A stretch of DNA of 64,000 nt, taken from a virus. Every line of letters begins with the position of its first letter. Position 1 is the stretch's first letter. The DNA is taken from IMG/VR virus record IMGVR_UViG_3300026512_000006, positions 1 through 64,000 of that record; one strand, written 5' to 3'. The notes beneath the pieces are model-generated. The model saw nothing but the letters and a program-made list of their open reading frames with translations. It ran no database searches and had not been told where the DNA came from. The position numbers and the translations under genes are program-made. Shown piece after piece: positions 33,066-42,667 of the stretch.

Positions 33066-34658
33066 ATGGATGCAGTAAGTTATGCTCATAGTGCTAAACA
33101 AGCCAAGAGAATCACAGATTTAATTAGGGTAGGAGAGCTTGAACCTGCTAGTGTTGAGTTAGGTACTGAATGGTATGTACCAACAACAGGTAAAACATAT
33201 AAACGTATTAATGATGGTTCTAATGATGTTTGGGTAGATATTAATAGTAGTGGAGCTAATGCTGCTATTAAACAAAGTGAAGAATTTATAGTAGGTACTG
33301 CAAGTGGTAATTACGATGGCAGCAGTTTAAACACCTTTCCTATACAAGCAGGATATTATCCTGAGTATGTACTAGTAACTCTTAACGGTAGAGTATTAGC
33401 TAAAGGGGATTTTACAGCTACTGACGGGTATACAATTGTATTATCTTCAGACGCTGCTAATACAGATATTATAGAAGTTCTTGCATTTGGTACATTTGTT
33501 ATAGCAGACCACTACAGAAAGGCCGAAACTGATAATTTATTGGGAACTAAAGCAGATAAAAATGGTAGTGTGAGTGATACTTTTAAAGCGGCAATAGCTA
33601 CTAGTAATGATGAAGTATTGCCTAAGGGACAGTATATATCACTAACTTCAAAATATATAAAGCCGTCTAATAATGTCTTATTTACTAAGACAGCTCCTGC
33701 TGAATTCAGCATTCCTGAGGGGTTTAAGGTTACTGTAAATGACACTATTGTAGAGGTAACTGCAGAAGCTACATTAAACTTAAATGATGATTTAGACACT
33801 GGCACTAAAACAGCCGGTACAGACTACTATGTTTATGTAAAAGCAGATAGCACCTTTTACATTAGTGCAGACAAAACTATAACAGCTGATAGACTTATTG
33901 GTGGTTTTCATTATGGTTTAACCGCTGAAGATGAAGCAAAGACTGGGAATAAAACAGATGATGATATGGTTGCTATTCGTGGTATCAATCAGTATAGTTT
34001 TTGGGACTTGAAATTTAGACCAGTAGCAAACCCAGAAGGTATGGTTTTTGTTGGTGGTCATTGGTATGATATTTATCTTTTAAATAGCGAACATATCACA
34101 AATGGAACTTCTAAAGCTGGTGCTGTTATAGCTGGTGGTGCTACAGATAACGGTCGTGGAGTTCCAAAAATACCATTGGCTTATGGTGGTGATGGAGATG
34201 TTGATTATGGAAAGTTTACTTGGTTTCAAGCTTGTGAAATTGCTAAATCACACGGTAAAGAACTTATAGACTATGCGGAATTTCCTACTATCGCCTATGG
34301 TGTTGATGAGGGCAAATCATCTGATGACTATGAAACAACTGCTGGAAAAATTGAACACTACTCTCATCTTACTTCAAAGTTTGGTATTGAACAAGCTACT
34401 GGTGCTCAACACATTTGGGGTAAAGATGTGGGAGGTAATAGAGACGAGGATTCTACATCGTGGGGATGGAGAGACAAAGCAGATGCTAGAGGTCAAATAT
34501 ATGCACTTAATGATAAACATATTACAGCGGTGCTTCTGGGTGCGACTCGTGGCAGTGGTGCTCATGCTGGTTCTCGTGCCTCGTATTGGAGCAGTTATGT
34601 TTGGAGCTCGAGCTGGAGCATTGGTTCTCGTTTCGCTTGTGAAGGGATATTCGAATGA
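33066..34658 (+). CDS. tail fibre / receptor-binding protein with C-type-lectin (Mtd/FGE-like) C-terminal domain
   Basis: The C-terminus AVLLGATRGSGAHAGSRASYWSSYVWSSSWSIGSRFACEG fits the GG.W..G...GSR...W......G.R..C pattern of CLec-fold phage receptor-binding domains. Confidence 0.6.
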   Translation: MDAVSYAHSAKQAKRITDLIRVGELEPASVELGTEWYVPTTGKTYKRINDGSNDVWVDINSSGANAAIKQSEEFIVGTASGNYDGSSLNTFPIQAGYYPEYVLVTLNGRVLAKGDFTATDGYTIVLSSDAANTDIIEVLAFGTFVIADHYRKAETDNLLGTKADKNGSVSDTFKAAIATSNDEVLPKGQYISLTSKYIKPSNNVLFTKTAPAEFSIPEGFKVTVNDTIVEVTAEATLNLNDDLDTGTKTAGTDYYVYVKADSTFYISADKTITADRLIGGFHYGLTAEDEAKTGNKTDDDMVAIRGINQYSFWDLKFRPVANPEGMVFVGGHWYDIYLLNSEHITNGTSKAGAVIAGGATDNGRGVPKIPLAYGGDGDVDYGKFTWFQACEIAKSHGKELIDYAEFPTIAYGVDEGKSSDDYETTAGKIEHYSHLTSKFGIEQATGAQHIWGKDVGGNRDEDSTSWGWRDKADARGQIYALNDKHITAVLLGATRGSGAHAGSRASYWSSYVWSSSWSIGSRFACEGIFE

Positions 34659-35305
34659 GTAATATAATATGGACACAAGAAAATGTATTAAAAGAAGCTT
34701 TAAAGTACAAATTCAGAGGAGAGTTTTCGAACTTATCCAAAGTTGCGTACGAGAAAGCAAGAGAGTTCGGTATACTAGATTGTGTATGCTCCCATATGCA
34801 ATCAAAACATATAAAGTATACAAAGAGTATTGTTCTAGATATAGCAAAAGAGTATTCTTCAAAAACAGAGTCTATTAAGGCAGAAAGAAAAGCTTATAGG
34901 TATGCACAAAGAAATGGATTTGTAGAAGATGTATTTTCCAATATGAGAGTAGTTAGTACTAATCATATGTTTACTGATTTCAGGTATAAGACAGGCATCT
35001 ATATGTTACTAGCAAAAGATGAGATAGTGTATATAGGTAAATCACTATCGTCTGTATCTCACCGTCTTTACGCACATTACAACAATACAGATATGTTATT
35101 TGATGCTATCACAATACATGAAATAAATAATACAGCAGATATAAATGTGTTGGAAACATATTTAATAGAGAAGTTTAAACCAATTTATAATTCTGATACA
35201 AAAAGCGAATGCTCGTGTAATATAAATATAAATAATTGGGCAGTATATGTAGAAAACTCTACCGATATACCATGTCCACTTGGAACTTACATAAAGGAAT
35301 TATAA
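34655..35305 (+). CDS. GIY-YIG (homing-type) endonuclease with two N-terminal ~42-aa repeats
   Basis: GIYMLLAKDEIVYIGKS...SHRLYAH...NVLETYLIEKFKPIYN; ATGA/TAATG overlaps with the flanking tail-fibre genes. Confidence 0.7.
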   Translation: MSNIIWTQENVLKEALKYKFRGEFSNLSKVAYEKAREFGILDCVCSHMQSKHIKYTKSIVLDIAKEYSSKTESIKAERKAYRYAQRNGFVEDVFSNMRVVSTNHMFTDFRYKTGIYMLLAKDEIVYIGKSLSSVSHRLYAHYNNTDMLFDAITIHEINNTADINVLETYLIEKFKPIYNSDTKSECSCNININNWAVYVENSTDIPCPLGTYIKEL

Positions 35306-35742
35306 TGAATGAAATAAATAAAATACCATTAGTGGATATATTAAGTAAAAAATTAAATAAGCAAATAGTAATGAAAGATAATAACTATGTGGAGTTAGGT
35401 ACTTTAGAGTTAGTTTCTCAAGAAGATATTAATACAGCTTTAGAAGAACAAGGAAACTTATATGTGGAAGAGTTACAGCAAACTTTTAATAAAGCTATAC
35501 AAAACCACTTAGACACTAAAGCACAAAGTCTTAAATATGATGATATAAATGCTATTGGTAAATATGTAGGTTATGATAATGACTTTAGAGTTGAAGCAGA
35601 AGCACTTGGTGCTTGGGCTAGTGCTTGTTGGAAAGTTGCTGGAGAGATTGAAGCAGATGTAAAAGCTGGTAATAGAGATATGCCTACAGTTGAAGGGGTA
35701 CTTGAAGAATTACCTAAATATGATGATGATGGAGGTGAGTAA
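35305..35742 (+). CDS. tail-fibre-associated protein (possible assembly chaperone), paralog of 39783-40259
   Basis: The internal ATG overlaps the upstream stop. The C-terminal ...AWASACWKVAGEIEADVKAGNRDMPTVEGVLEELPKY resembles ...NALVWAETRTIQKDILAGNIEVPTDEEFIAMLPAY. Confidence 0.45.
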   Translation: MNEINKIPLVDILSKKLNKQIVMKDNNYVELGTLELVSQEDINTALEEQGNLYVEELQQTFNKAIQNHLDTKAQSLKYDDINAIGKYVGYDNDFRVEAEALGAWASACWKVAGEIEADVKAGNRDMPTVEGVLEELPKYDDDGGE

Positions 35743-36470
35743 TGAGTTTTCCAACAAGTCCTAGTACAGGCAACAGGTACACATTAGGCAATACTCAGTA
35801 TGAGTTTAATGGAGTTGCTTGGGATATAGTAGGAACAGTTAGTGGCAATGCTGTAGAAGAGATAGAAAGTAGAGTTACTGTTAACGAAATCATGATAGAA
35901 ACAAATAAGAGTGGAGATGCTACTCAAACTTTCAAAGTAGCCAATGCAATTAATGCGGATGAAGCAGTAAATAAAGCTCAAGCAGTAATGAAGAATGGCG
36001 ACACAATGACAGGGGCTTTAACTAATATTGAGCATACAATACAGCCAATATCAAGTGCTGATAACGGAAGATTGAATTATAAAAGAAGTGATGGCACAAA
36101 AGCTTATGATATTGCTTGGAATTATAGTAATGATACATTGATAGTTAGAAAATTTGATACAGATGGTACAACAATATTATCTAATTTTGAATTAGATGGT
36201 GGAATAGGCGTAAATCAATCTTGGATAGATGAAACAGCAAATAGAGAGGTTAGTACAACTTACACGAACTCTACAAATAAACCTATTGTGGTAAGTGTTT
36301 CAAATAACTATGGTGGTTATTTTTATGTTGATGGAAATAAAGCAGGAAGATATAAGGTATCAAATACAATTATATCTATGACAATAATAGTTCCTAGTGG
36401 AAGTACGTATAAATTTGAACAAGACGATACAGGTGGAACTGATACATTCACTTGGTTTGAATTAAAATAA
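35742..36470 (+). CDS. tail fibre protein (242 aa)
   Basis: N-terminal FPTSPSTGNRYTLGNTQYEFNGVAWDIV is typical of phage fibre N-termini. Confidence 0.55.
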   Translation: MSFPTSPSTGNRYTLGNTQYEFNGVAWDIVGTVSGNAVEEIESRVTVNEIMIETNKSGDATQTFKVANAINADEAVNKAQAVMKNGDTMTGALTNIEHTIQPISSADNGRLNYKRSDGTKAYDIAWNYSNDTLIVRKFDTDGTTILSNFELDGGIGVNQSWIDETANREVSTTYTNSTNKPIVVSVSNNYGGYFYVDGNKAGRYKVSNTIISMTIIVPSGSTYKFEQDDTGGTDTFTWFELK

Positions 36471-36483
36471 AAGGAATTAAAAT

Positions 36484-36963
36484 ATGATTTACTATAAAGA
36501 CACAAACAATAAACCGTTTGTATTTGAAGATAATGTAACTGATGAAATAATCACTAAAGTAGAAGCTACACATAATACTACTTTGACAAAAATCACTAAA
36601 GAAGAGTTTAATGTTATAAAGGCTCCTACATTTGAGCAATTACAATCAAAGAAGTTATCTGAAATTAAGTCTTCATACTTACAAGCTAATCAACAAGATA
36701 TAGCTTATATGGATACTACATTTCAAGCAGATAGTAAGAGTCAAGCATTGATAGTATCTGTACTTAGTGCAGGAAGTGTGCCAGATGGTTTCTATTGGCT
36801 AGATATAGATAACAATCAAGTAAGTATGAGCTATGCAGATTTACAAGGCTTAAGTGGAATTATATTAGAAAGAAGTCAAAGTAACTTTACAAAGTTACAA
36901 GACTTAAAGAAACAAGTAAAAGATGCCACTACTCAAGATGACCTTGATAGTATAGTTTGGTAA
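36484..36963 (+). CDS. DUF4376-like tail-fibre-associated protein (159 aa)
   Basis: The segment FQADSKSQALI...GFYWLDIDNNQVSMSYADLQGLSGIILERSQSNF resembles the DUF4376 pattern. Confidence 0.4.
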   Translation: MIYYKDTNNKPFVFEDNVTDEIITKVEATHNTTLTKITKEEFNVIKAPTFEQLQSKKLSEIKSSYLQANQQDIAYMDTTFQADSKSQALIVSVLSAGSVPDGFYWLDIDNNQVSMSYADLQGLSGIILERSQSNFTKLQDLKKQVKDATTQDDLDSIVW

Positions 36964-36973
36964 AGGATAATAA

Positions 36974-39310
36974 ATGAGTTTAATAAGAAATATAATTGAG
37001 AATGAAAGACCTGATATACATGGTACAGGTCGGTTATCTACAGTAGCTAGTAATGTGTTGCTTAGTGGTAATTTAGCATTAGAAGATTACGCAGTTACTA
37101 AGAACTTTGCTACTGTATTATATACAGGTAATGGAGATACTCAAGATATCACCACAGGTATTAGTTCAGTAGATTTTACAGTAAGTGGTAATGGTAGTGG
37201 TTATTGGTTAGATAGAGATACATTTGAAGTAAAGACTGATGCAGGAGATGTTGTAACTAATGGGGAGTGTTTAGTTAATACTAGTAAGGTGCATATTAAG
37301 AGTAGGAGTGAAGCTCATAATAATGTCGTATATGACAGTCTTAGAGGTGCAGCTAAAGAGATATACACTAATGATACAACTGCTGAAACTGGCAATACAG
37401 ATAGTGTAACATCATTTAGTACTACCCAAGTAAGTATAGGTGCTGATGCACTAGTTAATGAAGATGGTACAACTTATGTCCTCTACCAAACTCTATACAC
37501 TCATCTTAAATGGGGAACTACAAACCAAGATAAGAAATATGTAGAAGCATTTAATCCTGTTACTAGAGAAACTATGGTAATGTACGAGGGGTCAGGTAAT
37601 GATGAACATGAGATACCACATAGTTTGGGTGTTGAATTAGACTACATGGAAGAAAAGATTTTATCAACAAATGGTAATTGGGTATCTAGAGGTCAGTCAT
37701 GGCAGCAGTTATACTTGAATACTGATACGGCTAATAACACTGCCAATATACCGGAAGATGGGTGGGGGATATCTTCTACATCCATTACTGCTTATTGTAA
37801 TGCCCAAGACAGTTCCTACATTCTCTACGGTAAAGCTAAATCAGAAAACTGGACTATTGTACAATATACAGGTACAGGAGCAGCAGGTAACTTTATAGAA
37901 ACTAAAGATGTTTATGGAGTAGCCAGGAAACCTAGAAGAGTTATACTAAAAGTTACAAGTACTAGTGGCGACTGGATTGTATATGACAGTAAGAGACTAA
38001 CAAGCTCGGAGAACATAGAATTAAATACTGATAATGCTGAACTTGTGAATAGTGGGTATAATATAACTCTCGATACTTATGGTATAACTATAAATGGTAC
38101 TACAGGAGCAATAAATGCTTCAGGTGAACAATACATAGCCCTAGTAGAATTCGACACTAACTCAAATGGTGGAGATGGTTACTTCAATATGCCAACAGAT
38201 GATAGTAACTTAAATCTTACAGACGGTGTATTTAGCTATACAGATGGTAAAGACTCTAATGGTTATGTAAGAAGTACAGAGAGTTTAGCTGGTACAACTA
38301 CAATAGATTTTGCAGGTGTAAATGATGGTAAGCATTGGGTAGCTAGGGCTAAAGATGGTGATTATGGTTTTTATAAAGGCTTATCAAATGGGCTTTATAA
38401 TAAAGAATATGCAGATGATAATAGGTTAGTATTTAATCCTGATGATGGTAAAGTATATAGTACAACTGGTGGAGAGTTAGTTACTAATGGTACTTTTGAT
38501 GTTGATACTAGTGGTTGGACTGCTGTTAATGACGCAAACCTATCTATTGATAATGGTAGATTGGCAGTAAATGCTAATGATACAGATTACCCTTATGCTG
38601 TGCAAAATTTTCCTGTTGAGGTAGGAGTCTCATATAAGGTTAAATGTAATATGAGTGGTGCTTCCCCAAAGCTTAGAGTGTACACATCTAACTTTTTAGG
38701 AGAACTAGCATCAGGAGGAGAACTAGAAGTAACTGCAACAAATACTAATTTTATTATTAGGTGCTATATGTATGGCACAGGAGATGACGATACAGCATAC
38801 TTTGACGCCATCTCAGTCTACAAACTAGAAGCAACACTAGACCAACCAATATCTCCAATAAGCTTCTTACCTAATCCTATTATGGTAACAAGTGAAACAC
38901 CTCAGTATATTGATTATACTGAGGAATTAGCTGCTAATGTTATGGATAGCTTAGAAGTAAGTAATACTATCAAATGTAATAACTACTTAGGTAAAAATGC
39001 TTGTACAGCTTGGGTTAATTTTGATGGTACTACAACTCCGCCTACGATACGAGATAGTTTTAATGTTAGCGATGTTGTGAGGATTGCTACAGGGTTATAT
39101 GAATTATATTTTAATGAAAATATGAATAATGAAAATTACTCAGTAAATGGATCGGCAAATTATATGGGAGTTAATCACCCTAGAGTTATTATGGGTATTA
39201 ACAACAACTTGGATCATATTTACTTTGCATCTACTAGAATGTATGATGATACAGAGGAATTTTCTAATAATCCAGAGATTTCAATACAAGTATTTGGAGG
39301 TAAAGAATAA
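36974..39310 (+). CDS. large tail fibre/spike protein with carbohydrate-binding-module-like segment (778 aa)
   Basis: LVTNGTFDVDTSGWTAVNDANLSIDNGRLAVNA... is CBM4/9-like. The N-terminal FATVLYTGNGDTQDITTG is common in podovirus fibres. Confidence 0.55.
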   Translation: MSLIRNIIENERPDIHGTGRLSTVASNVLLSGNLALEDYAVTKNFATVLYTGNGDTQDITTGISSVDFTVSGNGSGYWLDRDTFEVKTDAGDVVTNGECLVNTSKVHIKSRSEAHNNVVYDSLRGAAKEIYTNDTTAETGNTDSVTSFSTTQVSIGADALVNEDGTTYVLYQTLYTHLKWGTTNQDKKYVEAFNPVTRETMVMYEGSGNDEHEIPHSLGVELDYMEEKILSTNGNWVSRGQSWQQLYLNTDTANNTANIPEDGWGISSTSITAYCNAQDSSYILYGKAKSENWTIVQYTGTGAAGNFIETKDVYGVARKPRRVILKVTSTSGDWIVYDSKRLTSSENIELNTDNAELVNSGYNITLDTYGITINGTTGAINASGEQYIALVEFDTNSNGGDGYFNMPTDDSNLNLTDGVFSYTDGKDSNGYVRSTESLAGTTTIDFAGVNDGKHWVARAKDGDYGFYKGLSNGLYNKEYADDNRLVFNPDDGKVYSTTGGELVTNGTFDVDTSGWTAVNDANLSIDNGRLAVNANDTDYPYAVQNFPVEVGVSYKVKCNMSGASPKLRVYTSNFLGELASGGELEVTATNTNFIIRCYMYGTGDDDTAYFDAISVYKLEATLDQPISPISFLPNPIMVTSETPQYIDYTEELAANVMDSLEVSNTIKCNNYLGKNACTAWVNFDGTTTPPTIRDSFNVSDVVRIATGLYELYFNENMNNENYSVNGSANYMGVNHPRVIMGINNNLDHIYFASTRMYDDTEEFSNNPEISIQVFGGKE

Positions 39311-39312
39311 AA

Positions 39313-39783
39313 ATGAAAGATTACCTTAGAAAATGTAGGATATGTGATAAAAAAGCAACCACTAGTGAAGAGCTAGAATACTTCATTAAGGATAAAGCTT
39401 CGAAGCACGGAAGAGCTAACTGCTGTATAGATTGCCGTAGAGAAGAGTATAATAAATACGACAGCGACAATAGAGAAGACAGAAACGAAAAAGCATTAAG
39501 CCTATATCACACATCTGGTTGGAAATACAATATGAAAAAGAAGTATGGAATAACTGAAGAAGATTATGACAAAATGTACAATGAGCAGAAAGGTTCTTGC
39601 AGGATTTGTGGTGTTCATTCCTCTCATCTTACTGAGAGATTATCGGTAGACCACTGCCATACAACTAAGAAAGTTAGAGGACTACTTTGCAGACATTGTA
39701 ATCTAATGCTAGGTAATGCTAGTGATAGAATTGAGATACTAGAAAATGGCATTAAATACTTACAAGAAATAAAGGATAAATAA
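39313..39783 (+). CDS. endonuclease VII-type HNH nuclease (156 aa)
   Basis: CRICGVHSS...LSVDHCHTTKKVRGLLCRHCNLMLG = Endonuclease_7 signature; an extra N-terminal Cys cluster. Confidence 0.75.
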   Translation: MKDYLRKCRICDKKATTSEELEYFIKDKASKHGRANCCIDCRREEYNKYDSDNREDRNEKALSLYHTSGWKYNMKKKYGITEEDYDKMYNEQKGSCRICGVHSSHLTERLSVDHCHTTKKVRGLLCRHCNLMLGNASDRIEILENGIKYLQEIKDK

Positions 39784-40259
39784 TGGCATATGGTAAACTA
39801 AATGAACAAGGGCAGTTAATATCTACCAACACACAACTAGATGATAGCTTTCAAGAGCTATCACTATTTGAGATTAAAGATGAAGACGGTAATGGGACTG
39901 GTGAATACTATGAGTTCTATAATCAGGATGGTACTCCTGATGTAGACAAATGTAGTGCTAAAGCTCTAGAAGACTTAGTAACAACAGGCGAGCGCTTAGT
40001 TAAACAGTATATACAAGATGTAATAGATGCTTATAATAAAGCTTATGGAGTTAAGTTTGAGAGTGTCTATAACTGTACTATGTATAAAGATATAACTGAT
40101 TATGAACATCAACAGTTTTGTATTGATGCATTAGCTTTTAATGCACTTGTATGGGCAGAGACTAGAACCATACAAAAAGATATCTTAGCAGGAAATATAG
40201 AGGTACCTACCGATGAAGAGTTTATAGCAATGTTACCTGCATATGAAGGTGTAGTGTAA
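39783..40259 (+). CDS. tail-fibre-associated protein, paralog of 35305-35742
   Basis: See 35305-35742. Confidence 0.45.
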   Translation: MAYGKLNEQGQLISTNTQLDDSFQELSLFEIKDEDGNGTGEYYEFYNQDGTPDVDKCSAKALEDLVTTGERLVKQYIQDVIDAYNKAYGVKFESVYNCTMYKDITDYEHQQFCIDALAFNALVWAETRTIQKDILAGNIEVPTDEEFIAMLPAYEGVV

Positions 40260-40262
40260 CAT

Positions 40263-40586
40263 ATGTTTAATATACAGCTAAAGCCTACTACTAATGATAA
40301 GTTTATATTATTAGAAGATTATTCCTATAGAGAAATAACTATACCTGCTGGGTACGAGACTAATGGCGCTGACGTACCCTGGTTAGCTACTTTAATAATA
40401 CCTAGATATTTGCCTAGTAATTTGCCTATGGTAGCTATGCATGACTACCTAACAGATAGGGAAGAATATAAGTTAGCAGATGATACGTTTGAGCAAATGT
40501 TTATAGAAGCTGGCTATACATTAAGAAGAAAGTTAGCAGTTAAGTCTGTAAGACTTTATCACAAAATTAGATATGGAGTTAAATAA
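40263..40586 (+). CDS. DUF1353-like protein (107 aa)
   Basis: GYETNGADVPW...MVAMHDYL pattern. Confidence 0.45.
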   Translation: MFNIQLKPTTNDKFILLEDYSYREITIPAGYETNGADVPWLATLIIPRYLPSNLPMVAMHDYLTDREEYKLADDTFEQMFIEAGYTLRRKLAVKSVRLYHKIRYGVK

Positions 40587-41285
40587 ATGAAATACTTAAA
40601 TTATATGTTTGTACTGTTTACAGTTGTGCTCAGGAGATTGGTATTCCCATTAGTTTTTATTGCTATCCCTTTTAGGAAGTATTTAAGGAATGTAGTCTAC
40701 AACTACCATCTAAATAATGGTATAGTGCTAAAGAGGTTATATGAACGTAGCCCTGAGCTAAGCGAAGATGGTACAAAGTGGCTACTTAATGGAGGTACAC
40801 ATAGTTCTATTGTAGGCACAGTACAAAAGCGAAATATACCTAAGTTATTATATTGGGGTGTACTGCCTATGTGGTTGTTGTTGGACGATGATTCTAATGA
40901 AGATACGTACTGTAAAGGTTTTAATGAAACTATACTAAAAGGTGAACGCAAAACATGGATGCCTAAATTTATTAAGAAGAGTTTACAGAAAGATGTCGAT
41001 GCTGCTTATGCTTGTGAAAATAGTTGTAATATAAAAGGCAATAGTTTTGATTTAGGCGATGAACGTGCTAAGTGTTCTCTATATGGTTTTTGGTCTGTAT
41101 TTTGGTGGACATTAAGAAATCCTGCGTATAACTTTAACTATAAGTTTAATCAATTGTGTAGACCTGAACTAGCTTTTAAGGTAGTAATATTTAATAGAGT
41201 ATTTGGATGGTGTGAGGACGGGGTGCTTAAGGGTGTACAAACTTACTCATGGGAATTCGGAAGATTATACAAGAAGGAGATATAA
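40587..41285 (+). CDS. hypothetical membrane protein (232 aa)
   Basis: ORF track; N-terminal TM helices. Confidence 0.55.
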   Translation: MKYLNYMFVLFTVVLRRLVFPLVFIAIPFRKYLRNVVYNYHLNNGIVLKRLYERSPELSEDGTKWLLNGGTHSSIVGTVQKRNIPKLLYWGVLPMWLLLDDDSNEDTYCKGFNETILKGERKTWMPKFIKKSLQKDVDAAYACENSCNIKGNSFDLGDERAKCSLYGFWSVFWWTLRNPAYNFNYKFNQLCRPELAFKVVIFNRVFGWCEDGVLKGVQTYSWEFGRLYKKEI

Positions 41286-41758
41286 TGGCAGACTTTAATA
41301 AAGCCATAGAGAAGACCTTAGTTAATGAAGGTGGGTACGTATGGGACAAAGATGATCGAGGTGGAGAGACTAACTTTGGTATATCTAAGAGAGCTTACCC
41401 TAATGTAGATATTAAGAACTTAACCGTGACTGGGGCTAAAGAGATTTACAAGAGAGACTACTGGGATAAAGTTAAAGGAGATTCTATTGAGTCACAAGTA
41501 GTGGCTGAAGAGCTGTTTGATACAGCAGTTAATATGGGTGCTAGAACAGCGTCTAAGCTCCTTCAGGGCTGCGCAGGAGTTACACCTGATGGATTCATAG
41601 GGGATAAGAGTTTGGAGGCTATAAACGCTATAGATGAAGAGCTGTTGATGCTTAGATTTAAACTAGCTAAGATTGCAAGATATGCCTATTTGGCTAAGAA
41701 TAGACCTGCTAATAGAAAGTACCTATTAGGCTGGCTAAATAGAACGTTAGGAGCATAG
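41285..41758 (+). CDS. endolysin, glycoside hydrolase family 108-like with peptidoglycan-binding C-terminus
   Basis: LVNEGGYVWDKDDRGGETNFGIS matches the GH108 EGGY..D..D.GG.T.YGI motif. Confidence 0.75.
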   Translation: MADFNKAIEKTLVNEGGYVWDKDDRGGETNFGISKRAYPNVDIKNLTVTGAKEIYKRDYWDKVKGDSIESQVVAEELFDTAVNMGARTASKLLQGCAGVTPDGFIGDKSLEAINAIDEELLMLRFKLAKIARYAYLAKNRPANRKYLLGWLNRTLGA

Positions 41759-42220
41759 ATGGGATTTTTTGATTTTTTAGGTGGTGGTATAGTTGAGAGT
41801 GTAGGTAAGGTAGCAGATGCTTTAATCACTAGTGATGAAGAAAGAATGGAGAAGGAGAATGAGAAGCAAAAGACTGATCTAAGTTATAAGGCTGAGATGC
41901 GTAAGTCAGATGTAAGAGAAACAGAGGCTTATTTAGAAGATACTCAAAGTGCTAGGAAGATGAATAGTGATTTAGTTGTCTCTAAGGATTGGCTTGTAAG
42001 AAATACAGGAAGCTTATTAGCATGGTTTGTAATCTTAGGAACTTTTGCTTTAGATTACATGGTGGCATTCCAAGGACTTAAAGAGGTCGTAGGGGATAAA
42101 GAAGTATTGATGTTTATACTAGGTAGTATGAATACGTATACAGCAGGAGTTATAAGTTTTTACTTCGGTAGCTCAAAGACTGAGGCAGACGCTAAGCGCG
42201 CGGTAGTTAGTAAGCATTAG
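41759..42220 (+). CDS. holin-like membrane protein (GTA-holin 3TM-like)
   Basis: N-terminal MGFFDFLGGG..., C-terminal TM helices; adjacent to the lysin. Confidence 0.5.
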   Translation: MGFFDFLGGGIVESVGKVADALITSDEERMEKENEKQKTDLSYKAEMRKSDVRETEAYLEDTQSARKMNSDLVVSKDWLVRNTGSLLAWFVILGTFALDYMVAFQGLKEVVGDKEVLMFILGSMNTYTAGVISFYFGSSKTEADAKRAVVSKH

Positions 42221-42222
42221 TG

Positions 42223-42251
42223 TTGACTTTACCTAGCCTTCTAGGTATACT
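42223..42251 (+). promoter_or_regulatory. sigma70-type promoter TTGACT-17-TATACT
   Basis: 17-nt spacer; ends 44 nt upstream of the ATG at 42296. Confidence 0.55.
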
Positions 42252-42295
42252 TTCGTCACTTTAAAACAGTATAAATAAAATAGAATGGAGAGTTA

Positions 42296-42667
42296 ATGGA
42301 AGGTGTACTATTTGGATGGTTAGGAGAAATGATTTATTCTAATGGTCATCTTACGCCTATAGCAGGGTTTATTATAGTGGCAATTGTTATGGGAGCTATT
42401 ACTAAGTATTTTATCTACCCTACTCACAAGAGACTAGAGCGTATAGAAGAAGAGATGTTTCCAGATGTGATACATAACGTGGAAACTTCTTTTGAGGTTA
42501 CTCAGGAAATACTCCATAATCAGAGTAAAGTTATATCAGATACTATACTGCATAACAAGACAGTATGTGATATGGATAAAGATGTATCAGATATTAAGTC
42601 GGCTGTTGGAAAGATAGAAGCAATGTTTTCAATACTCGGACTAAATACTAATAGAGGTATAAAATAA
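42296..42667 (+). CDS. membrane protein, possible spanin/lysis accessory (123 aa)
   Basis: One N-terminal TM helix followed by a helical periplasmic part; the position follows the lysin/holin pair. Confidence 0.4.
   Translation: MEGVLFGWLGEMIYSNGHLTPIAGFIIVAIVMGAITKYFIYPTHKRLERIEEEMFPDVIHNVETSFEVTQEILHNQSKVISDTILHNKTVCDMDKDVSDIKSAVGKIEAMFSILGLNTNRGIK

Noticed and set aside
33066-34658. A complete diversity-generating retroelement acting on the fibre tip
   Set aside because: No reverse transcriptase motif (YxDD context) and no template repeat resembling 34500-34650 are visible anywhere in the window. Only the fold-level resemblance is retained as a finding.
34273-34740. Overlapping ORFs 34273-34662(+), 34374-34676(-) and 34522-34740(-)
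   Set aside because: All lie within the adenine-poor, GC-rich 3' end of the fibre gene, where stop codons are rare in every frame. The sequences are low-complexity, lack SDs and overlap a well-supported gene.
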